NCBI GenBank assembly: GCA_965232015.1
Contig: OZ246946.1
Location: 245,562-309,561, forward strand
DNA: 64,000 nt
DNA from: Vicinamibacteria bacterium
GTDB taxonomy: Bacteria > Acidobacteriota > Vicinamibacteria > Marinacidobacterales > Marinacidobacteraceae
Direction: 5' to 3'
Part shown: one piece after another, positions 28,203-37,994 of the stretch
How the letters are laid out: each line of letters starts with the position of its first letter
How positions within the stretch are numbered: the stretch's first letter is position 1
The notes under the pieces: generated by a model
The model's database searches: none
Told to the model about the DNA's origin: nothing
What the model saw: only the letters and a program-made list of their open reading frames with translations
Position numbers and translations under genes: made by a program

Positions 28203-29155
28203 TTACGGGGCGGCCCGGACCAGAACCGGTTCCCGAGCGGGCTCCGTCTGCGGCTTCGCGGCCCGGCGGGGGGTCTCCTCCGGGTCATGGAGGAAACGAA
28301 GCAGGGCTCCGATCACGCCCCGCAGCTCCCGCCGGTGGACGACCCGGTCCAGCATCCCGTGCCGGAGGAGGAACTCGGACCGCTGGAATCCTTCGGGCAG
28401 CTCCCCGCGGATCGTCTGCTGGATGACCCGGGGCCCCGCGAACCCGATGAGCGCTCCCGGTTCGGCGATGTTCAGGTCGCCGAGCATCGCGTAACTGGCG
28501 GTCACTCCGCCGGTTGTCGGATGGGTCAGCACCGAGAGGAAGGGCAGCCCCTCGTCGTCGAAAGCGGCGAGCGCGGCCGAAATCTTGGCCATCTGCATCA
28601 GCGACAGCGCCCCTTCCTGCATCCGGGCGCCTCCGGAGCAGGACACGATGATCAGCGGGCGTCGCTCGTCGAGCGCAGTCTCGATGGCGCAGGTGATCTG
28701 CTCGCCGACCACGACGCCCATGCTGCCGCCGATGAAGCCGTACTCCATGACCGCGAGGACGACCGGAGTGCGTTCGATCCGGGCGCGGACGACGAGGATG
28801 GCGTCGTCGAGTCCGGTCTTCTCCGAGGCCTTGCGGAGCCGAACGTAGTAATCCATCCGGTCGCGGAACCGGAGCGGATCGTTCGATCGGATCCCGCCCG
28901 GTAGCTCGCGGGCGGTGCCCCCGTCCACGAGCATCCGGACCCGGTCCCGCGCCGAGAGCCGCATATGGAAGTCGCATCGGGGGCAGACCTCGAGGTTCTC
29001 CCGGAGCGCCCGGCCGTAGATGATCTCGGAGCAGCCGTCGCAGCGGAGGAACAGCCCCTTCGGAACCTGGGGGCGGGGGCGCTCGGAGGCATCCGGAGCG
29101 GAAGCGACGGGCGCGGGAGCGGCCTCGCCCAAGGGAGTGGACACGGGGATTGGCA
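28203..29155 (-). CDS. accD: acetyl-CoA carboxylase carboxyltransferase subunit beta
   Basis: Zn ribbon CDGCSEIIYGRALRENLEVCPRCDFH and carboxyltransferase motifs GGSMGVVVGE, GGARMQEG. Confidence 0.9.
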
Positions 29156-29235
29156 TCCTAACAGAGTCATGGGCCCTCGCGACGGAGCCAGAATCGGTAG
29201 CGCCCACCGGAGTCCGTCTGACCTCCCGGTAGTGT

Positions 29236-29458
29236 CGGAGCGCCGGACTCCAGTCCCTTGCCTGCGCGCCGGACTCCAGTCGCTTGCCGGAGCGCCGGAC
29301 CCCAGTCCGGCAATTCCACGCGAGGCTGGACCTCGGTGCCTGCACTCCTCGGCCTGCGCGCCGGACTCCAGTCGCTTGCCGGCGCGCCGGACTCCAGTCC
29401 GGCAATTCCACGCGAGGCGGCTCCTCGGTGCTGGCGCTCCTCCGCCGGCGCGCCGGCA
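29236..29458. repeat. REP-like repeat cluster (about 7 units)
   Basis: Repeated GCGCCGGACTCCAGTC(C/G)... units in the same orientation. Confidence 0.85.
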
Positions 29459-29462
29459 ACCG

Positions 29463-29657
29463 CTACCGGCTGGGCTCTCCGGTCCTCGCCGCGAGGTCCG
29501 CGAGGAAGAGCATGGCCCCCTCGATCCGGGCGACCCGCTCGCCCAGCGAGCGCAGATCCGCACGGATCGCCCGCTGCCCGGAGATGATGAGCGTGGCAAG
29601 GCCGATGCCCAGTGTGGCGCCGACTGCGATGATGGCGATGACTTCGGAGCTCACATT
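29463..29657 (-). CDS. possible 64-aa small membrane protein (MSSEVIAIIAVGATLGIGLATLIISGQRAIRADLRSLGERVARIEGAMLFLADLAARTGEPSR)
   Basis: GTG start. One TM helix plus an amphipathic helix. Fills the 220-nt gap between the REP cluster and the RNA ligase. No clear RBS. Confidence 0.3.
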   Translation of the reverse strand, partial: NVSSEVIAIIAVGATLGIGLATLIISGQRAIRADLRSLGERVARIEGAMLFLADLAARTGEPSR

Positions 29658-29681
29658 GGTGACTCTAGCGTGATGGTGGTC

Positions 29682-30377
29682 CCCCGCGGTACGGCGTACT
29701 CTCCGCGCCCCGTGGCCGCCCTCAAGTACCCCAAGACGCCCTACTGGCCGTGGTCGCCGTCCATCGGCCGCGATGACCGGGTGCTCCGGGATCCCTCCGT
29801 CTTCGTGGGGCCGGAAGTCGTCGTCACCGAGAAGCTCGACGGCGGCAACACTCTGCTCCACCGCGGCCAGGTCTATGCGCGCAGCGTCAGCACCCCGTCG
29901 AGCGCCGCGTGGATGGCGATGGTCCGGAAGCACCACGCCTGGAAGGTGACAGAGCCCAATGTCCTGCTCTACGGGGAGGACCTCTACGGGGTCCACTCGA
30001 TCGAATACGACCCCATGCCGGAGGACCAGACTTTCCGCGCCTTCGCCCTCCGCACCCCGGAAGCCGGCTTCGCTTGCTTCGACGACCTGAAAGCGTACGC
30101 GGACGCCCGCGACATCCCGGTCGCCCCGACGCTGTTCCGCGGTCGCTTCGACTCGGTGTCGGCTATCCGGCGGTTCCTCGAGACCGCCCACCGCCAACCC
30201 TCCGTCCTCGGCGGCGAGCGGGAAGGGATGGTGCTTCGCCCGGCCGGCGCCTTCCAGGAAGGCTCTTTCGGTCAGCTCACCGCGAAGTCGGTCCGCGCGA
30301 ACCACGTCCAGACCGACCGCCACTGGACCCGAAACTGGCGCCCCTGCCAGCTCCTCCGGGCGACGGCCACGGGGTGA
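29682..30377 (+). CDS. RNA ligase family protein (Rnl2-like nucleotidyltransferase, PF09414-like)
   Basis: Motif I VTEKLDGGN (KxDG). Convergent with the PIN-ATPase-MTase operon. Confidence 0.65.
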   Translation, partial: PRGTAYSPRPVAALKYPKTPYWPWSPSIGRDDRVLRDPSVFVGPEVVVTEKLDGGNTLLHRGQVYARSVSTPSSAAWMAMVRKHHAWKVTEPNVLLYGEDLYGVHSIEYDPMPEDQTFRAFALRTPEAGFACFDDLKAYADARDIPVAPTLFRGRFDSVSAIRRFLETAHRQPSVLGGEREGMVLRPAGAFQEGSFGQLTAKSVRANHVQTDRHWTRNWRPCQLLRATATG

Positions 30378-30401
30378 ACGGATGCGACCAGCGCCTACGG
30401 A

Positions 30402-30908
30402 TCACCGGGCCGGCTTGCCGACCTTGCTCTGGTGCTGGGGACAGAGCTGCTCCAGAGGTACGCCGAGACGCTCCAGGAGAGCGCTCTGCTCGTCCCAGTC
30501 GCTGTCGGTGGCGTTAAGGATCGCTGCGCCGGCCTTCACGGCTACGGCCAGGAACTTCCGATCAGACGGATCGAGTTCGTTCTTGGGGAGCTCTGCGAAT
30601 CCTCGCGACTCGTCCGATGGCGTGATCCGTACCCACTCCGTTGCCGCGGTGTGCGATCCGCCCATGACGGCGATGCAGAATTCACTTCCAACGCCTCGGC
30701 CTGCTCGATTGTCGAGAAGTCTCTTCCGGTACTCACCCAGGACGCCCCACGACGCATCGACACAGACGATGGTCCGGCTGCGAGTCACTGCTTCGAGTCG
30801 CGCCGTGCACGCCCGTTGACAATCCAGGTCGGCGTGTGTGTCCACATCCCCACAGCTTCCCGCCTCGGCGGCGATCAGAACATTCGTGTCCACGACAACG
30901 CGTGTCAC
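30402..30908 (-). CDS. PIN-domain nuclease
   Basis: MTRVVVDTNVLIAAEAG and ATDSDWD acidic residues. GTG start overlaps the ATPase stop (GTGA). Confidence 0.8.
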   Translation of the reverse strand: MTRVVVDTNVLIAAEAGSCGDVDTHADLDCQRACTARLEAVTRSRTIVCVDASWGVLGEYRKRLLDNRAGRGVGSEFCIAVMGGSHTAATEWVRITPSDESRGFAELPKNELDPSDRKFLAVAVKAGAAILNATDSDWDEQSALLERLGVPLEQLCPQHQSKVGKPAR

Positions 30909-32296
30909 GCCTGGTCCTCCATCCGCCGCCGCATTCCCGCCTCCTGGATCGCGAACACTTCCGCGAGCTCATCGCCGAAAAAGTCCTTGGGCCAATTCTT
31001 GATCTGACCGTAGCGATCGAGTTCGAGGTCGTTGAGTTGAGCTCCACTGTCGCCCGTAGAAACGAAGAAGAGTCTCACGTCGGCGGAGCCCTCTGCTCCC
31101 TCGGCCCTGCGCCGTTGAATTCGACGCAGGAGGTGCTCGCTGTGGCTCTCCATGACGATCTGAACATCGCGTGTCTGCGCCGCGTGCAAAAACACATCCG
31201 CCAGGATCGCTTGTGCGGAAGGATGAAGGTGGATCTCGGGTTGCTCCAAAAGGACAATGGAACCTTGGGGAACGTGATACAGAAGGACAAGAATCGGCAA
31301 GACCTGAGAGACCCCGAACCCGACATCGGTGAGCGTGGACTCGCATCCATTCGGGCTGGTCGTCACGAGTGCCCGCCACAGGTTGGACTGCTCGTCGATC
31401 CGTACGATCCGAAAACCTGACACGAGACCCATTTCCTTGAGCCAGTGAGCGATGACCTCCTGAAACGGACGGCCGCGCCCCTTCTCGTCAATTAGTTCCT
31501 CGCCGGACTCGGTTGCCGCGAGCAGAGCATCAATAGTCAGTTCTCCGCGTGTGCCGACATCGGTAGGCCGGACTCCGCCGAAGCGATAGAATCGGTGAGG
31601 GCGCGCCCGTAGCGGACCTAGGTATGAGATGGAGTCCATCATGATTTCATACAGGAAGGGCGCAATGCGGAGTTGACGTATGACCTGACGGTCTTTTCTG
31701 CTCCCGGTGTCCTTGGTGCGGGAGGCACCGGCCCAGTAATGCGTTGGAAGAACGTAGCTCTTGGCCGGCGCGATTCGACCGCCGCGGTGTGAAGAGAGTC
31801 GCCTCACCTCCTCAATCGGCCCGTCGTTGTTGATGAACTCATAGCCGTCGGCTTCGTGTGCGCGCCGAATGCCGATCCAATGGTCCCCGACGTGATAACA
31901 GAGGTCGATCGTCTCGGGAGCGGACCCGCGTAGGCGCACGCTGGACTCCAGACGGTGCTCCGGCGCGCTCCTTAGCGAGGGATGGTCGGCACGAAACGGT
32001 CGGCGATGGCGTTCGTACCAGCTCACCGTCCACGACAGGGCGAGACTCTGGTCGTGTCGGTGAATCAGGTCTCGGTAACTGCCGAGATTGACGAGTTGGT
32101 CTGGACCTCCGAAGTTCAGCGTGACGGCGGGGTCTGTCGCGTTCCTCGTCTGCTTCAGCATGAGGAGGAACTGGAACAGGCTGCTCTTGCCGGAGCTGTT
32201 CGTCCCGAAGATGCCGGTGAGCTGGCCGAACTCCAAGTCGACAGCCTTCCATGCCTTGAAGTTCTCGAGGTGAAGTCTGGTGATCACGGTCCCTCC
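30905..32296 (-). CDS. ABC-type (OLD/Septu/PARIS-like) AAA ATPase, AAA_15/21 with DUF3696-like C-terminal region
   Basis: Walker A GIFGTNSSGKSSLFQ and Walker B / H-loop IVLLEQPEIHLHPSAQ. GTG start at 32296 with strong RBS AAGGAGGG. Lower GC (about 57-60%) than the backbone. Confidence 0.8.
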   Translation of the reverse strand, partial: GGTVITRLHLENFKAWKAVDLEFGQLTGIFGTNSSGKSSLFQFLLMLKQTRNATDPAVTLNFGGPDQLVNLGSYRDLIHRHDQSLALSWTVSWYERHRRPFRADHPSLRSAPEHRLESSVRLRGSAPETIDLCYHVGDHWIGIRRAHEADGYEFINNDGPIEEVRRLSSHRGGRIAPAKSYVLPTHYWAGASRTKDTGSRKDRQVIRQLRIAPFLYEIMMDSISYLGPLRARPHRFYRFGGVRPTDVGTRGELTIDALLAATESGEELIDEKGRGRPFQEVIAHWLKEMGLVSGFRIVRIDEQSNLWRALVTTSPNGCESTLTDVGFGVSQVLPILVLLYHVPQGSIVLLEQPEIHLHPSAQAILADVFLHAAQTRDVQIVMESHSEHLLRRIQRRRAEGAEGSADVRLFFVSTGDSGAQLNDLELDRYGQIKNWPKDFFGDELAEVFAIQEAGMRRRMEDQA

Positions 32297-32354
32297 TTCG
32301 CCGGGATGGCGCCGAACGGTGACGGGCGGCTGCGCCCAAGCCCGTTTCCGAACT

Positions 32355-33747
32355 CTACCGGCGGATGAGGCCAAGGACGAACTCCTCGTGCATCCGTCGC
32401 TCGATCCCGGACCTCGTCGCTGCGCCCCAGCGAGCCGGCATCATCCGGCGGTCGCGATCCAGCCGCCGCCGACCGATGCCCGCGACCTCGAAACCGGTCT
32501 CCTCCGCGAGCGCCGCCAGCGCGAGGTGGGTCTCGACGTCGAGGCCGCGCAGCACGGAAGTGCCCACGACCACGATCGCCGCCCCTCCCGGCCGGAGGAC
32601 GCGCTCCGTTTCGCGCAGCACGGCCGCCATGTCCCCGAAGTAGCGCCGGAGAACCGCGGCCTTGCGCCGGTCGAGCTCCGCGAGGGCCGCCACCGTGCGT
32701 CCGCAGCGATCGGGCAGGTCGCCCCGGCCGCCGCCGAGCACGGCGTCGTGCCCGACGTAGCGCCGGCGCAGGCGGGTCAGATCGGCAATCCTCCAACCCA
32801 GCCACACCAGCGAGAACTTGTGCGCCCGCATGTAATCAATCGCGCCGTTGGCGTAGGGCGGCGACGTCACGACCAGATCCACGCCCTCGGGCGGCAACCC
32901 GGTGTCCGTCGCCGGGGCGTCGAGCACTCGGGCGGTCGGCGCGTCGTCCCCGGCCCCGGCCGGAGCGCCCCGGGACCGGACGATGCGGCGGAGACGGCCC
33001 TCGAACACCGCCAGCGCCGGTTTCGGCTGCTTCGCCTCGACCCGGTGGGGCCGGGTGTGGGCCAGATCCCGCGCCAGCGAGACGCCACCCGACTTGGCGA
33101 TGATCGTCGAAGAGAGGACGACCTCGAGGAATCTCCGCGTTCGGGGCTCGCGCACGCCGGAAACCGCGGCGGCGAGCGCTTCCAGCTCGAGCTGCTGCGC
33201 CGGGCGGAACCAGTAGTCCACGAACTTCCGCGTTGCGGCGTCGAAGCGGCGGTCGAGGTCGCGCGTCAGCCCGGCGGCATCGCTCCGCAGGCGGGCGCCG
33301 GCGAGCGCGAGAACATCGCGTCCCGCCTCCGCGGCGGCTCCCGGGTCCGGCGGAGCCAGCTTGGCGAGCGCGATCCGGCGGGCGAGCGGATCAATATCGC
33401 AGCCGATGGCTCGCCGCCCGAGCGACTGCGCCTCGACGAGGGTCGTTCCGGAGCCCGCCATCGGGTCGAGCACGGCGTCGCCGGGCCGCGACAGGACCTC
33501 GATGAACCGGCGGGGCAGGGCGGGGGGGAACTTCGCCGGGAACGGATGCCAGCGGTGGCGGCCGGACGAGCCCCGGCGCCCGTGGAAGCCGAGATCCGCG
33601 TCGAGCAGCGCCCGGAGCCGCTCGCCGACCGGTTGCACCTCCGCGTCGGCCGAAGTCTTCGAGCGCGGCGCTGCCGGGTCGGGGAGCGGGAACAGCGAGG
33701 GCGCCTCGGGCACGGTGCGTCCGGCGGCGCGATTGCGGCCCGGCATT
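32355..33747 (-). CDS. site-specific DNA methyltransferase (N6-adenine/N4-cytosine, PF01555-type, circularly permuted motif order)
   Basis: AdoMet motif HPFPAKFPPALPRRFIEVLSRPGDAVLDPMAGSGTT comes first, then catalytic TSPPY and RVLRPGGAAIVVVG. Alternative start at 33809. Confidence 0.8.
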
Positions 33748-33772
33748 GTGTGCTGGCGGCGCGGCCCCCGGA

Positions 33773-33792
33773 GGCGCCATTGTCCCGCGCCG
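33773..33792. repeat. 20-bp direct repeat GGCGCCATTGTCCCGCGCCG, left copy
   Basis: Identical 20-mer at 36066-36085. The pair brackets a 2.3 kb segment. Confidence 0.7.
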
Positions 33793-33809
33793 CTGGCGCC
33801 CCGGCTCAC

Positions 33810-34400
33810 GAGGCTGAAGCGCGCGGCGTGACATCTGCCGCAAACGACCCGGTCGAGGAGTCTTCACCCCCTTTTGGACGCTCGGTCGTCGCCTGCCCCC
33901 GCTGCGCCGTTCGTCTGCGTGAGGAGTGGGATGGCGGTGATGCAGCCGGACGTGTGGCGGGTACGCGCGGGCGGGGACGGCCCATGAACTCCGACGACGC
34001 AGTCTTGACGCTCATCGTGCTTGGCCGGTGGAACTGCGGCATCATCGTGGCGTGGTAACGGATGATCCGGCGCGACACCCGGCATGAGTTCGGCGCACTC
34101 CGCCGGGATCTCCGTCGCGGGTTCGCGCAGGCCCGCCAGGTACGACTCGAACGCCGGCGGGAGTTGGTGAGCCCGCTTTCCCGGGATGGAGCAGCGTCTT
34201 CGTCGGCATGACGACGGCGACCTCGACGCCATCGGTGGCGAACCAGTCGCACGTGTTCACCATCACGGCCTGGATTGCCCGTGGCTCACCTCTGCCACTG
34301 CACCTCGCGGGTGCGATGCGTGGTGGCAGCATACGAAGAATGATGCCGAGCCGACGCAACCTGTGAGCTGTGCGCCTCAGCCTGCCAATCGGTAGGATCA
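33810..34400 (-). pseudogene. gene remnant: several partial frame-shifted protein-like fragments, no intact ORF
   Basis: Fragments VMVNTCDWFATDGVEVAVVMPTKTLLHPGK, FESYLAGLREPATEIPAECAELMPG and IRYHATMMPQFHRPSTMSVKTASSEFMG lie in three different frames. Confidence 0.3.
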
Positions 34401-34820
34401 GCGGTCCCTGTTCGACCAGAGCGCTCGGAAACCCTCCTGGGTGAAGTGCCTGTCTCCGGTGAGGACATCGCTAATGTCGAGTTTCCGCATTACGACCATG
34501 GAGACGCAATCCGTCAGGCTGTAGCCCTTGTCCTCTCGCTGCTCGTACAAGTCCAAGCCGGCCAGGAACGAGCTCCGGGTCTGGGGTTCTACCCGGATGC
34601 TGCGGTCGTCGAGGATCTCTCGCACCGTGATCGTGGCGCGCTTTCTCGCACGGGATCCGAGCGTGCACAGTGCGGCAAGGAATTCGACCAGCACTTCATC
34701 TGTAGTCACGAGTTGGGCCCCTGCGACTGCGTTCCCGGCTCTTGTCGCGGCCCTGTGCCAAGGATCCCTCGGATTCGCCACGGCGATCCAGTACGCCGCG
34801 TCCACGAAGACTAGCTTCAC
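34398..34820 (-). CDS. PIN-domain VapC-like toxin
   Basis: MKLVFVDAAYWIA...TTDEVLVEF...TDCVSMVVMRKLDISDVLTGDRHF. GTG start overlaps the stop of the upstream partner. Confidence 0.8.
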   Translation of the reverse strand: MKLVFVDAAYWIAVANPRDPWHRAATRAGNAVAGAQLVTTDEVLVEFLAALCTLGSRARKRATITVREILDDRSIRVEPQTRSSFLAGLDLYEQREDKGYSLTDCVSMVVMRKLDISDVLTGDRHFTQEGFRALWSNRDR

Positions 34821-35722
34821 GTGTCGTCCACGCCGTAAATGTAGTGATCCAGCCGAGCGGACAAGTCACTTGGGAGCTTCTCCCACTCCTCATCGGGGAC
34901 ATCGGAGAAGATTTCGGCGATGCGCGCCTGGATAGCCGGTGCGTCCGTCAGAGAAGACGGTCGTCCGTCATCAACCAGAGTGATCGAGTCGGCCAGAGTG
35001 ACCTCGGTCAGAGCACCCATGGGTTCGAAGCGCCCCCTGCCAGCCACTCGGATCCGCGCCACCCGGTGTTCCTTGAGCGCCTCCGTGACAACCGCTTCCT
35101 GAGGCTTTGTGAAGCGGACGGGGATGCATCGCCCGTCATCCGTCCAGAGCTGAAACTTCCACCGGTGGACATCGGCTTCGAGCACCCGCCCTTCCAGGTA
35201 AATCGAGTCCGGGTACGGCTGGTCCATGAGGGAGCGGACGACGGTCCGCGTCTTATCGGACACGATCGTTGTCGGTCGGTTAGGGGAAGTGAAGGAAAAA
35301 CGCGCGCCCGCCGGAAGGTCTCGTCCCAACCCCTGACACACCCGCACGACGTGCATCGGAACACCTCGTGGAGGAGGCTCATCGCGATTGGCCGCTCCCA
35401 GCGTCTCGGAGGTCAACCGGACCGCTTCCTCCATCACCGTGGGGGCATCAAGCAGGGGAGTAGGGTCGGGCGAACGCGGCGCGAGCCGGATCGACACGCT
35501 TCCCGCCTCGATCGCCGTGAAACAGAGCTGAGTCCGTTCGTCGAAGCCCTTGGGGACGCGCTCGCGTGCCGGATGGCGCACCTTCCAGACAGCGCGAGCC
35601 GCCTCGGTCACGATCTTCTGGAACTGAAGCACGGTCCGGAGGGCACCCGCATCCAGCGCTCCACCCGCGTAGGGCTCCCCCCCAAAGTGGAGCCGCACGA
35701 GCTCCGAGCGTCCTGTCGTCAT
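34817..35722 (-). CDS. 301-aa hypothetical protein in the antitoxin position upstream of PIN toxin; no recognisable antitoxin fold
   Basis: MTTGRSELVRLHFGGEPYAGGALDAGALRTVLQFQKIVTEAARAVWK... Stop overlaps the PIN start. RBS GAGGGA. Confidence 0.5.
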   Translation of the reverse strand: MTTGRSELVRLHFGGEPYAGGALDAGALRTVLQFQKIVTEAARAVWKVRHPARERVPKGFDERTQLCFTAIEAGSVSIRLAPRSPDPTPLLDAPTVMEEAVRLTSETLGAANRDEPPPRGVPMHVVRVCQGLGRDLPAGARFSFTSPNRPTTIVSDKTRTVVRSLMDQPYPDSIYLEGRVLEADVHRWKFQLWTDDGRCIPVRFTKPQEAVVTEALKEHRVARIRVAGRGRFEPMGALTEVTLADSITLVDDGRPSSLTDAPAIQARIAEIFSDVPDEEWEKLPSDLSARLDHYIYGVDDT

Positions 35723-35775
35723 GAGCGGCCGTCCCTCGGACCAAACGCGGCGAAATCCGCGCTGCCCAGTGTTCG

Positions 35776-35797
35776 CCGACAATATACATTGACACGG
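35776..35797 (-). promoter_or_regulatory. AT-rich imperfect palindrome CGACAATATACATTGACACGG upstream of the 34817..35722 / PIN operon; candidate promoter (-10 TATATT on minus strand) / operator
   Basis: The only AT-rich patch in an otherwise 70% GC intergenic region, about 55 nt upstream of the start codon. Confidence 0.3.
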
Positions 35798-36065
35798 CTC
35801 GTGTCGGGGCCCTGTGCCTGGCTGAGTCGCCCCCGAGGTCCCGGCGACAGGAGATCGCGCCCGGCGCGGAACAGTTCGGCCGAGTCGGGGACGACGAGGA
35901 GGCCGAGGCCCTCGGGCGGGAACACCTTGAGAGGCAGGCGGTCAGGGCGGAAGGGGAGGAGATGCGCACGGGCGAGGAGGCTTGGTGCCTCGCCGATGAG
36001 GACCATCTGCTGGCGGGGCTGGCCGCCATCACCGCGCGCCCCGACGCCTCGGGGCCGCGCTTCTC

Positions 36066-36085
36066 GGCGCCATTGTCCCGCGCCG
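36066..36085. repeat. 20-bp direct repeat GGCGCCATTGTCCCGCGCCG, right copy
   Basis: Identical to 33773-33792. Confidence 0.7.
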
Positions 36086-36142
36086 TTCGGCACGCCGGGC
36101 GCGGCTCGCCTAAGATCGCACCCCGCGGAGGTTCCCCGACCC

Positions 36143-37933
36143 ATGGAAGCGAAGACCCTGAACCAGCTCCTCGCCGCCGCCTGCGCCCGGCACGACAAGC
36201 CCGACGCCCTCATGCACAAGGCCGACGGCGAGTGGAAGAACATCTCGTCCGCCGAGTGGCTGGATGCAGCCCGCGACGTGGCGATGGGCCTCCACGCTTT
36301 CGGCGTGAAGAAGGGCGAGCGCGTGGTCCTGCTCTCCGAGAACCGCGTCGAGTGGTTCTTCGTGGAGGCCGGGCTCCAGATCCTCGGCGCCGTGACCGTG
36401 CCGATCTATCCCAGCCTGACCGCCGGCCAGGTGGCTTACATCGTCAACAACTCGGGGGCCCGGGTCGTCGTTTGTTCGACCGCCGAGCAGCAGGCCAAGG
36501 TCGCGGAGGTCCGCGACGAGCTCTCCACCGTGGAGGCCGTCTATTCGTTCGACGAGCCGACCATCGAGTCCAACGCCGAGTCGTGGACGGCGGTCACCGA
36601 CGCCGGGAAGCGCGCCCGCGAGGCCGACCCCGGGGGTGCCGAGCGGCTCGCGGCGCAGGTCGAGGAGGACGACCTCGCGACCATCATCTATACCTCGGGC
36701 ACGACCGGGGACCCCAAGGGGGTGATGCTGACCCAGGCGAACCTCCTGACCAACGCGATCGTGGGCGCCCGCACCATCGCAACGATCGACGAGGACGACA
36801 TCGCGATGTCGGTCCTCCCCTACGCCCACGTGTTCGCCCGCATGGTGGCGCACTACCTCTACCCGCACCTGGGGGTCACGATCGCCATCGCCGAGAGCAT
36901 GGACAACCTCGTCGCGAACATCGGCGAGGTGCGTCCCACGGTCATGGCCTGCGTGCCGCGCTTCTACGAGAAGATGCGCGACCGGGTCATGGAGTCGGCG
37001 GCGGCCGGCAGCCCGGTGAAGCAGAAGATCTTCCACTGGGCGTTCCGGGTGGGCCACGCGGTGGGCCGTCACCGCCAGGACGGTACGGAGCCGTCCGGCT
37101 GGTTGGCGTTCCGCTACAAGGTGGCCACGAAGCTGGTGTTCAGCAAGCTGCACGCCCGTCTCGGTGGCCGGATGCGGCTGTTCGTCTCGGGCGGCGCCGC
37201 GCTGCCACGCGATGTGGCCGAGTTCTTCCTCGCCGCCGGCTGGCTGGTGATCGAGGGCTACGGCCTCACCGAGACCTCCCCCGTGATCAGCGTGAACCGG
37301 CCGAGCCGCTTCCGGTTCGGGACCGTGGGGCCGGTGGTCGAGGGCGTCGAGGTGCGCATCGCGGACGACGGCGAGATCCTCTGCCGCGGCCACAACATCA
37401 TGAAGGGCTACTTCGGGAACGAGGCGGCCACCGCCGAGGCGATCCGCGACGGCTGGTTCCACACCGGCGACATCGGGGAGTTCGACGCGGACGGCTTCCT
37501 CCGGATCACCGACCGCAAGAAGGACCTGCTGGTGACCGCCGGGGGCAAGAATGTCGCGCCGCAGCCCATCGAGGGCAGGCTCAAGGCGAGCGCGCTGATC
37601 TCCGAGATCGTGATGGTGGGCGACGGCAAGCCCTATCTGTCGGCGCTCGTGGCGCCCGACTTCGCAGCGCTCGCCGCCTGGTGCGCCGATAACGGCGTCG
37701 CGGCGGACGGTCCCGAGGCGATGGCCGCCAGCAGCCGCGTGCGCGAGCAGCTCATGTCCGAGGTCGAGCGGCTCAGCGAGGGACTCGCCTCCTTCGAACG
37801 CGTGAAGAAGATCGCGGTGATCGCGGCGGAGTTCTCGATCGAGACCGGCGAGCTGACCCCGACGCTGAAGGTGAAGCGACCGGTGGTCGCGAAGCGCTAC
37901 GCCGACGTGATCGAGAACCTCTACGCGGCCTGA
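36143..37933 (+). CDS. AMP-dependent synthetase/ligase (long-chain fatty-acid--CoA ligase-like)
   Basis: AMP-binding motifs TSGTTGDPKGVML, YGLTETS, GWFHTGDIG, GKNVAP. Confidence 0.85.
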   Translation: MEAKTLNQLLAAACARHDKPDALMHKADGEWKNISSAEWLDAARDVAMGLHAFGVKKGERVVLLSENRVEWFFVEAGLQILGAVTVPIYPSLTAGQVAYIVNNSGARVVVCSTAEQQAKVAEVRDELSTVEAVYSFDEPTIESNAESWTAVTDAGKRAREADPGGAERLAAQVEEDDLATIIYTSGTTGDPKGVMLTQANLLTNAIVGARTIATIDEDDIAMSVLPYAHVFARMVAHYLYPHLGVTIAIAESMDNLVANIGEVRPTVMACVPRFYEKMRDRVMESAAAGSPVKQKIFHWAFRVGHAVGRHRQDGTEPSGWLAFRYKVATKLVFSKLHARLGGRMRLFVSGGAALPRDVAEFFLAAGWLVIEGYGLTETSPVISVNRPSRFRFGTVGPVVEGVEVRIADDGEILCRGHNIMKGYFGNEAATAEAIRDGWFHTGDIGEFDADGFLRITDRKKDLLVTAGGKNVAPQPIEGRLKASALISEIVMVGDGKPYLSALVAPDFAALAAWCADNGVAADGPEAMAASSRVREQLMSEVERLSEGLASFERVKKIAVIAAEFSIETGELTPTLKVKRPVVAKRYADVIENLYAA

Positions 37934-37994
37934 GGCACCTGGTCCCGCGTCTCCCGTCGCCCTCGCCGCCACCGGGGCGCGGATCACGCACTCC

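Noticed and set aside
33747-33809. longer N-terminal extension of the DNA methyltransferase (MSRGASGAGQWRLRGPRRQHT...)
   Set aside because: The extension is Arg/Gly-rich and overlaps the 20-bp direct repeat. The internal ATG at 33747 gives a conventional N-terminus.
34742-36142. 467-aa N-terminal extension of the acyl-CoA synthetase ORF
   Set aside because: Runs antisense through the PIN/partner genes and the intergenic region. The genuine start is MEAKTLNQLL at 36143.
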